IMG/VR virus record: IMGVR_UViG_3300028840_008160
Location: 248,001-312,000 of that record
Reading direction: 5' to 3' (one strand)
DNA length: 64,000 bases
Made by a program: the position numbers and the translations under genes. Below are positions 49,329 to 56,909 of the stretch, one piece after another. The notes below the pieces were generated by a model, which was given only the letters and a program-made list of their open reading frames with translations, was not told where the DNA came from and did not search any database. Each line of letters starts with the position of its first letter. Position 1 is the first letter of the stretch.

Positions 49329-51482
49329 ATGAAGCTAACGAGTGCAATATGGATGGTCATCATTTTGATGACGGCGAGCGTAAGCTGGGCAGTCGACACC
49401 CAGAAATCAAAGTCGACGAACTATCCTCTATCTACCACACTCGAAACTGCCGATTCGAGTTGGGTGCTTCAACTCATACAAAATGAGTTGTATTGGGGAG
49501 TTCAGGAACTTGAATCTGGTGATTTTGTTGTCACAGCTACTAACGCAACGGTTGGTGGTTCATGGACGAAAGAATCATCATGGAATGGCAACACAGCACC
49601 AGAAGATTTTTTCAATGAATTATCAGCCGGTGTAAAAGAGGTTCGGTTTCTTCCGGTGGGCACCGATTCTGTTGTACTTGTCATTTCAGGTCCAGACAGC
49701 ACATACCTTTATAGACGTTATGCGACATATCAATCGGCACCGTACATCTGGACAAGAACTGCACTGAATGCAGTTTTTGACTCGCTTCAATATACTACAA
49801 TTCAAGGCGATACTATCATCCGGAATTATCCTAATGCTATAAGCGTTGATGTTCCCGGAATGACAATTATCAGCCGAAGTTTTGGAGTTGATATTTTTGG
49901 CAACGAATATTTTGTCGGCGAAATTGCTGGCAAAAAAGTATTTGCTAAAAATGAAGTTAGCTCAGGCAAGGTAATTTATTGGGAGTACGGAATCGACGTG
50001 CTTCCGATTTTTGATCCAACAAACATCTCTTATTTGATCGCTGGCCGCGGCGGAGTCGATAGCATCTACATCAATCATCCTGTGTATGTTGTCGAAGATA
50101 CCATTTATGTATCAGCATTGGCTGATACTCTTTTAAATGGCGATGACATTGTCAGGATTTATCATCCCATTACGATCATAGACGACAATCAAACAATTCA
50201 TCAGTCAGTGCCTATTGTTCCTGTCTTTTCAGATTGGATACGTTATTCTGGCGACACTACATATTTAGAAATCTCAGCTTCACCGGTAACAATTGGTGCA
50301 ACTTATCCTCTTCGATATCGAATCATCGATCGTTCCTCAAGCAATGACACTAGCCCATGGTTAATGGAAGATACGGTTTGCATGATGATCAAAGTCGTTA
50401 ATGATTCAATGAAGGTCACAGATATTGTCGACCAACAGGCCACTGAAAGTCAATCATTTTCGGTAAATGTAGTAGTATCAAATGGAATGTGGCCAGCTGT
50501 CGAATCTTTCACTGGACCAAGCTGGTTGACGATCAACAACTTCACAATTTCTGGAACGCCGACACATTCAGATGTTGGAGGAGAAGTTGTAGTCGCGATC
50601 TTAGACACAATGATTCAATATCGAGGCATTACTCATACTCAAGTTACTCAACGAGATACAGTTCGTTTCAACATTACTGTTGAATACCTGCCCAATGCAA
50701 TTCCGACCATATCAGTTACACAATCAGCTGATACCATTTATATAGATGAATCGTTAGCTTGCACAACACATGTTGCTGATGCTGATGGCGATCAGCTTAT
50801 TACAACTTATGGAATTGTTGCAAATGCTTCATTTACACAAAATAATGATTCATTATATATAGTAACATTTGGAACAACGGGTTCATACGCACTTATATTC
50901 AAAGTGAATGATGGAGAAGATTCGGCATCTGCGCAGATTGATATTGAAGTTATTGACAGACCAACTGTTAATATACCACCAGTTGTTGCTAACGACACTG
51001 TTAGAACGAAACTTGGCGACGGTGATTGGATTCGTAAAGTGATTCAAGCAACTGACGATGACAATGATCAATTGATGTATGATTTTGGTAACGGTTTTAC
51101 ATTGGATTCGACGTACGTATATGAAGTCATTGAGGCTGATACTTTTGATGTCGAAGTCAAAGTTACAGACGGTACAGACACCGTTACATGCATTTTGACT
51201 GTGATGATAGAAGATGTTCCAACAACTACAATAACAAATCTCAATCGCGTGCCTGCAAATGATTTTGCTAAATTACAAGGCTCACGCATTGATTATGGAA
51301 TCAAGTCAGCTGGGCAAATCAAAATTGTAGCAATTACTTTAGATGGTCGCATTGTTGCCAAAGTGAATGCTTACAAATCTGCCGGTTCATACTTTCTTGA
51401 CATTAATTCTTCGACACCGGTAATTGTTCAAGTGATTGTCGGTTCCATTCGTCAAATGATGAAGATCACAACGATCAAATAA
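49329..51482 (+). CDS. Exported Ig/cadherin-like repeat protein with a T9SS-like C-terminal sorting domain
   Basis: GGAGG SD; signal peptide MKLTSAIWMVIILMTASVSWA; PSWLTI, DADGDQL, VSDG-type Ig motifs; C-terminal IDYGI...GQIKIVAITLDGRIVA...AGSY; visibly more GC-rich than the flanks. Confidence 0.65.
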   Translation: MKLTSAIWMVIILMTASVSWAVDTQKSKSTNYPLSTTLETADSSWVLQLIQNELYWGVQELESGDFVVTATNATVGGSWTKESSWNGNTAPEDFFNELSAGVKEVRFLPVGTDSVVLVISGPDSTYLYRRYATYQSAPYIWTRTALNAVFDSLQYTTIQGDTIIRNYPNAISVDVPGMTIISRSFGVDIFGNEYFVGEIAGKKVFAKNEVSSGKVIYWEYGIDVLPIFDPTNISYLIAGRGGVDSIYINHPVYVVEDTIYVSALADTLLNGDDIVRIYHPITIIDDNQTIHQSVPIVPVFSDWIRYSGDTTYLEISASPVTIGATYPLRYRIIDRSSSNDTSPWLMEDTVCMMIKVVNDSMKVTDIVDQQATESQSFSVNVVVSNGMWPAVESFTGPSWLTINNFTISGTPTHSDVGGEVVVAILDTMIQYRGITHTQVTQRDTVRFNITVEYLPNAIPTISVTQSADTIYIDESLACTTHVADADGDQLITTYGIVANASFTQNNDSLYIVTFGTTGSYALIFKVNDGEDSASAQIDIEVIDRPTVNIPPVVANDTVRTKLGDGDWIRKVIQATDDDNDQLMYDFGNGFTLDSTYVYEVIEADTFDVEVKVTDGTDTVTCILTVMIEDVPTTTITNLNRVPANDFAKLQGSRIDYGIKSAGQIKIVAITLDGRIVAKVNAYKSAGSYFLDINSSTPVIVQVIVGSIRQMMKITTIK

Positions 51483-51509
51483 AAATCCAGCAATCCATGC
51501 TGTGCTGGT

Positions 51510-51537
51510 GGGTGAGCTTTTTGCTCACCCTTTTTTT
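51510..51537 (+). terminator. Intrinsic terminator
   Basis: GGGTGAGC-ttttt-GCTCACCC then T7. Confidence 0.85.
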
Positions 51538-51616
51538 GCGATTTGATACGGCCACATTTTGAGGTTCTCCTTGTTTGATAAGTTCACAAATATGATACTT
51601 TAAAAAGGGAGATATT

Positions 51617-52453
51617 ATGATGAGTTATAATTTGAATTTGATGAAGGATCCGGACGACAAACGCGACTTTCCTTTTTTAGCTAGTTTTACACCAGAAGAA
51701 CTAAAAGCAGGTCGTTTGTCAAACATTCCTGAAATAATTGATCATAGTGATTTGATGTCACCTGTAAAAGATCAAGGTCAACTCGGTAGTTGTGTAGGAT
51801 TTGCTGTTACGGCATTGAAAGAATGGCAAGAGCAGAGAGAACATAAAGAAGAAGTTGAATCGGGTAAGTTTGATCATCGCGATGAAAAGTATTACGACTT
51901 ATCTGAATCTTGGGTATATTGGATGTCAAAAAAGATTGACTGTTGGCCAGGGCTTGAAGGAACATCAATTCGTTATGCTATGAAAGTACTTAATACACTC
52001 GGCGTGCCTTGTGAAAAAGCTTGGCCTTATGACGACAAAGTTAAGGGCGAACCTAAAAGTTGGGCTAAACTCGTTGCTAGATGGTCACTTATTGGTTCAT
52101 ATTATAGAGTAAACACATTGAATGAACTTATCACTGCGTTAGCTCAACACCCAGTAGCAATCGGTATTGCTTGTTTTGAAGGCATTTTCTTTGTTGGTGA
52201 AGATGGCATTGTGCCGATGCCAAGAGATTCTGCTTATTGCTATGGTGGACATGCTGTTTGTGCTGTTGGCTATGATCAACATAAGAAGTTAATAAAGTTC
52301 AAGAATAGTTGGAGTACGAATTGGGGAGAAAAGGGTTACGGTTACTTACATTATGATTATGTAGGTACGAACAATTACATGTGGGATGCTTGGTATTGTA
52401 AAGACCTTTCTGTAACAAAAGACATGCTTGAAGGCACTAGGAATTTGATATGA
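51617..52453 (+). CDS. Second papain-like C1 cysteine peptidase
   Basis: DQGQLGSCVGFA, GGHAVCAVGYD, FKNSW. Confidence 0.92.
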   Translation: MMSYNLNLMKDPDDKRDFPFLASFTPEELKAGRLSNIPEIIDHSDLMSPVKDQGQLGSCVGFAVTALKEWQEQREHKEEVESGKFDHRDEKYYDLSESWVYWMSKKIDCWPGLEGTSIRYAMKVLNTLGVPCEKAWPYDDKVKGEPKSWAKLVARWSLIGSYYRVNTLNELITALAQHPVAIGIACFEGIFFVGEDGIVPMPRDSAYCYGGHAVCAVGYDQHKKLIKFKNSWSTNWGEKGYGYLHYDYVGTNNYMWDAWYCKDLSVTKDMLEGTRNLI

Positions 52454-53061
52454 AACACTTGGCAAGAATTCAAACAGACTTTCTTAAACAAGCTGCTGGT
52501 TGGGAAGATTTTTCAAGACAACGGCAATTGGAATACTTAGGTCAGCATCCTAAATCAAAAAGGCACATTACTGCTGATCTTGTGAATGCAAGCAAAGATA
52601 CAAAAGATAGCTATTTAAGTGGGATGAATAGTTGGGTACAAAATGAAAAACATCATAAACCGTTAGCAATTGTATTGAAAAATTTCATGCACAAATATTT
52701 ACCTGAACGATTCTATAAAAAATTGTACGATGAAGATTTACACGGTGATTTACCGCCAGATTTGTTTGAACGTCTTGCTAACAAATATGATTTACCAATT
52801 TATTTGGATGAAACATCTGGAAAACTGCCTGAAAGCGCGTTAGCTCTTATTAATGAAAAGACAGAAACTGTCTTACCAGGACAAGCGAGCGGAGAGTATT
52901 TGAGGATTAAAGTTGCTACTGGTGTTGTTAATGGCAAGAGAATGATAATTTCGGGCAGTGAAAGAACGGGTTTGGCTGATATCAAAGACAAAGAGGGCAA
53001 AGTAATTGGGCATCATCCATATAAGAGTCATGCAGTTGAATTGATTTTGGGGGCAAAATGA
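52450..53061 (+). CDS. Leader-family protein with RHPxSKR-like module
   Basis: MKHLARIQTDFLKQAAGWEDFSRQRQLEYLGQHPKSKRHITA. Confidence 0.7.
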   Translation: MKHLARIQTDFLKQAAGWEDFSRQRQLEYLGQHPKSKRHITADLVNASKDTKDSYLSGMNSWVQNEKHHKPLAIVLKNFMHKYLPERFYKKLYDEDLHGDLPPDLFERLANKYDLPIYLDETSGKLPESALALINEKTETVLPGQASGEYLRIKVATGVVNGKRMIISGSERTGLADIKDKEGKVIGHHPYKSHAVELILGAK

Positions 53062-53429
53062 AACATTTAGCTCAAATTCAAACTGAATTTTTACAGCAAC
53101 AGCCTGAATGTGGTCGTTTTCTTACTCCAAGGCAACGTCATCGCCGCAAAATGTTACGCCGAATGCAACAGCGACGTGATCCCGAATGTATTGAAGCTTC
53201 TCACCATAAAGAAGCTGCAGATAAAAAGATGAAAGTTATCACTGTAACATGTCGAGATTATGATGACAAATTAGAAAATTTGTTGAATCATATTAAAGAT
53301 ATAGGCAATGTTGGTCATTCATTTCCAATTGTTATTGATGAAGGCTCAGAAACTGAAGGGAAATTTGGTTGGGATGGTGATGGAGCAGATTACATAAAAG
53401 AAATCAAAATGACTTATGAAGACGAGTAG
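53058..53429 (+). CDS. Leader-family protein
   Basis: MKHLAQIQTEFLQQ...HKEAADKK; C-domain GNVGHSFPIVID...FGWDGDGAD. Confidence 0.7.
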   Translation: MKHLAQIQTEFLQQQPECGRFLTPRQRHRRKMLRRMQQRRDPECIEASHHKEAADKKMKVITVTCRDYDDKLENLLNHIKDIGNVGHSFPIVIDEGSETEGKFGWDGDGADYIKEIKMTYEDE

Positions 53430-53438
53430 GAGAATGAA

Positions 53439-54471
53439 ATGCGGCATCTAGCGCAAATACAAATTGAATTCTTGAAAGAAGCTCGTAAGTGGGATGATCT
53501 TACGTATGAAGAACAAAAGGGATCTTAAGCGTCATCCTAAATCAAAACGAAAGTTGACAGCTAGACCTGGAAAAGGTACACAAAAGAAAGAAGCACCTGA
53601 CGAAGTACGAAAGAAGCTTAAAGATAAGAAAAAAGAAGTAAAGCCAAAAGTTGAATTTGAGCCTGAGTCATGGGACAATATTGCTTCAAAGCTATCTAAT
53701 AAATCAAGATCAGATATTCAATCCGAGATTGTTAAATTAGAAACAAAAATGGAGAAAAGAAATCAAGCTGCAATACGAAGAGAGCAACGTGCTCAAGGTA
53801 ATTTAGATGGAACAGCTATTGATGCTGCTTATGAAAGAAATAGACCTGATGAAATGAGAACAAAGTTACTCAAACATTATTTGCAAAATGGTTCAAAACC
53901 ATTGCCCAAAAATCTTAAAGAAGAGTTTGAGCAATATCAAAAAGATCAAGAATGGCGACAAGAACATAAAGAGAAGCGAAAAGAGCGACGTGAACAAGAA
54001 ATGAGTGAACATGGTCATTTGATGGATAAGATGGTTACATGGACTTCAAAGAAGAATTTTGGCCGTGAGATGATAGGCAGAGTCACAGCTGTTAAGTCCG
54101 GTAAGCGCGGTCCATATGTAAAGACAGACACAGGTTGGAAAGTACCAGTATCCATGATAACAAAATCAAAAACTGCTCCAATAGAGGAGCGCCACAAAAC
54201 TAGAGTACAACCGAAATCATTGGTAGGTAAAAAAATTACATGGCCGACTAAACATAGACCACAAATATTTAGGCGACCTCGTCGAATGAGACCAGGACGA
54301 TTGTATAGAGTTGGCCCAAAGCCTGCACCTCCAGGATACGACGCAACTTCAGGAACGGCATCTGGTGTCGTGACTGGAGTAAAAGGCAGTAAGTTGTTAG
54401 TTGATAATTGGACAGTGCCAATAACATTAGTTAAGAAAGTAGATGATAAAGATTTCACTGGGTGGGTATGA
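53439..54471 (+). pseudogene. Leader-family basic protein broken by a 2-nt deletion
   Basis: MRHLAQIQIEFLKEARKWDDLTYEEQKG then gga-tct-taa; the paralog at 18533 reads gga-tat-ctt; restoring TA joins to LKRHPKSKRKLTARP. Confidence 0.85.
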
Positions 54472-54569
54472 TTGGTATGTTGATATTTGAAATATATGGG
54501 TTAAATAATGATAATGATAAACTTAGTTTGAACTAATTTTCTATGTTCTGTCGCATGACTATATAAGTC

Positions 54570-55289
54570 ATGAATATGACAGATCAAATCAGACACGTAG
54601 CAAGATTGCCGCAACGACTTCTTCGTGAACGAGCAATGATTGCAGAGCTTGCTGCAAAGACAGTCCATGTAACAATTCGTGACTTTAAAGCGAAGAATGC
54701 TCCTCCCCCACAAAGTCTAAGTATTTCTCCAGTACTTTCAAGACATCTTAGAAAAGACCCACAACTCGGTTTTCGTGAAAAACCGACGTTTATGGGCATA
54801 CTTATCAAAGTTGATGAAAATCTACGGGAAGGTGAAATTAGACTTAGCTCAGTTGATACATCACGACAACTTAGATACACAGCAAGTTCGATAATTTCAC
54901 CTTATCTTTTTTCAATATTTGGTAATGATTGTTACAATATTGTTATCAAAACTAGAGGCCATCCTGTTAATTTTCACAGCGCCGGACCGGAGCAAACAGC
55001 GCTTGAAATGTTACGAGAAATGATCACTGAAAAAGAGTTTTTTAAGTACCTTAAGTATGGCTTTCTTATTGTTGAAGGTAAAAGTGGTAAACAGTATCAA
55101 GTTTTCAGACTAAATGCACACACAAAAGTTTGGATGAGAGGTAAACTCGTCGAAGAAATTTGTGTAAGAATAAACAATAAAGCAGACGTACCACCAACTG
55201 ACAATGTGATTGCGTTCAAAGTCATGATTGAAAGTAATGAAGATGAATTCAGACGGATAGGAAACGTTTATAGAATGAAGGTTGCATGA
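54570..55289 (+). CDS. Two-domain paralog-family protein
   Basis: C-domain ALEMLREMITEKEFFKYLKYGF...PPTDNVIAFKVMIESNEDEF. Confidence 0.7.
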   Translation: MNMTDQIRHVARLPQRLLRERAMIAELAAKTVHVTIRDFKAKNAPPPQSLSISPVLSRHLRKDPQLGFREKPTFMGILIKVDENLREGEIRLSSVDTSRQLRYTASSIISPYLFSIFGNDCYNIVIKTRGHPVNFHSAGPEQTALEMLREMITEKEFFKYLKYGFLIVEGKSGKQYQVFRLNAHTKVWMRGKLVEEICVRINNKADVPPTDNVIAFKVMIESNEDEFRRIGNVYRMKVA

Positions 55290-55687
55290 TCATTACACCT
55301 CAAACAAAATCAATCTTTCTTGCCGGGCCAATTCCCAGAGTCACTGTTGATTTTCAAGAAACATGGCAGCATGCCGCCGCATTGATTTCAAGACTTGACG
55401 AGAATGTTGTCGTATATTGCCCAATGCCTTTTTCACTTGATGGTTATGAGTCGCAAATTGAATGGGAAGAAGACCATCTTGAAGAAGCATCTGTTATTTT
55501 GTTTTGGGTGCCTAGACATATAGCTGCGTCGGTACCTGAAGTTGACATGTCTGCTTTCACAACAAATGTTGAATTTGGTGACTATTATTTGATTGCTTTG
55601 TACTCTAAATATCGCATTTTTGGAGCATCTTTTGGAAAACCTAGAACTATTTTGCCTGATCTACAAACAGATCCAAGAACTAATTGA
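55286..55687 (+). CDS. Nucleoside 2-deoxyribosyltransferase-like protein
   Basis: SIFLAGP, QIEWE..HL..ASVILFWVPR, TTNVEFG. Confidence 0.75.
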   Translation: MIITPQTKSIFLAGPIPRVTVDFQETWQHAAALISRLDENVVVYCPMPFSLDGYESQIEWEEDHLEEASVILFWVPRHIAASVPEVDMSAFTTNVEFGDYYLIALYSKYRIFGASFGKPRTILPDLQTDPRTN

Positions 55688-55895
55688 AGCTGGCAAAGAG
55701 TTCTATTTGCGTGGGTTGCTTAATCTTATAGAACCTATTGATAAAACAAACGACTACGATCGCGCATTAGAAATGTTACAAATGAGCGTTGATGATGTGG
55801 TTGAAATTTCCGATACTGAATTCCAATGTTTTGTGCAAGATCAATGGGCTTGGACTCAACAAGCATTCATGTCAAATACGAAGTATCTAAAATGA
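55593..55895 (+). CDS. Conserved phage-type hypothetical protein
   Basis: DYDRALEMLQMSVDDVVEI...F..FVQDQW.W; start uncertain. Confidence 0.55.
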   Translation: MLCTLNIAFLEHLLENLELFCLIYKQIQELIEAGKEFYLRGLLNLIEPIDKTNDYDRALEMLQMSVDDVVEISDTEFQCFVQDQWAWTQQAFMSNTKYLK

Positions 55896-56428
55896 GTGGT
55901 GAACAATCATTAAATTTATGTGCGACTAAACGTTTTGGTCTTGATTTGTCGCCAGAAGAGCAAAAATACAAAGAACAATTAAAAGATTTTTTGCTTGCAT
56001 TAAATCATCGGACTGTCAGAATCATAAGGCGCAGTGATTTACCGCTCGAAATAGAACAAGCATTAAAGACATTCAAAGAAAAAGCTGCAAAAATAACGGA
56101 TGAAATTACAGCTAAAGCATGTCAAATTAAAGACGGACAATGCATTAGAACAAGAAAAAACCCAGAAAATAATACTGATTTTTGTTGTTGTAACGAATGT
56201 GGTTGGGGCGTAGGTTATATTAAACAAATTTCGACACAAGAAATTAACGAACGTGCTAAATTTTGGGATAATGAAAAGGGGTTTCACAGAGTTGACGGTT
56301 GTGCGCTTCCTAAAGAAGAACGATCTATAACTTGTCTTTATTACTTATGTGATGATGCGATTGAGAATATTTCAAAATTCGAGCTTGACGTGCTTTATCT
56401 GATAGGTTCGTTTAGAGAAATAATGTAG
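55892..56428 (+). CDS. Cys-rich hypothetical protein
   Basis: FCCCNEC, GCALPKEERSITCLYYLC. Confidence 0.55.
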   Translation: MSGEQSLNLCATKRFGLDLSPEEQKYKEQLKDFLLALNHRTVRIIRRSDLPLEIEQALKTFKEKAAKITDEITAKACQIKDGQCIRTRKNPENNTDFCCCNECGWGVGYIKQISTQEINERAKFWDNEKGFHRVDGCALPKEERSITCLYYLCDDAIENISKFELDVLYLIGSFREIM

Positions 56429-56436
56429 GAGATAAA

Positions 56437-56835
56437 ATGAGCATATTAATTGTGACAGATGAGACATTTGATAAAGAAGTACTAAAAGCTGATAAGCTCG
56501 TGTTAATTGCTTTTTGTGCGCCATGGTGTTCTCATTGTAAGTATCTTGATCGAGTGTTTGAAAGAGTTGAGAAAAAGTTTGGTGAAGCTAAGTATTGCGT
56601 GATCAATATAGATGAAAATCCTCTAACGACTCAAACATTCGATATTGTTGCTATTCCTACTGTGTTTTTTATTAAAGATGGTGAATGTAAAAAGCAAACA
56701 ATAGGCTCGCGATCAGATACTGAATATTTGACAGATATTGCCAAGATACTCGGTAGAAATAAAGATGAAGTTTTGCATACTGACTATCAATGGTCAGTCA
56801 GTCGACATCTAAAACCAAAACCAATATTATTATAA
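56437..56835 (+). CDS. Thioredoxin-family protein
   Basis: FCAPWCSHC, IPTV; AGGAG SD. Confidence 0.85.
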   Translation: MSILIVTDETFDKEVLKADKLVLIAFCAPWCSHCKYLDRVFERVEKKFGEAKYCVINIDENPLTTQTFDIVAIPTVFFIKDGECKKQTIGSRSDTEYLTDIAKILGRNKDEVLHTDYQWSVSRHLKPKPILL

Positions 56836-56878
56836 AACTGTATGAGAGATTTTTGATTTCACTTCATTTTATATCTCA

Positions 56879-56906
56879 GCTCCCTTATAGCTAACTATAA
56901 GGGAGC
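56879..56906 (+). promoter_or_regulatory. Perfect 12-bp hairpin sequestering the SD of 56910..58841
   Basis: GCTCCCTTATAG-ctaa-CTATAAGGGAGC. Confidence 0.75.
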
Positions 56907-56909
56907 ATT

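Noticed and set aside
53427-53441. TAG read-through fusing 53058 to 53439
   Set aside because: In frame, but the TAG is part of the TAGGAG SD of a gene that has its own leader.
53494-53525. ORF-track start MILRMKNKRD for the 325-aa protein
   Set aside because: An out-of-frame artefact of the 2-nt deletion; the real start is 53439.
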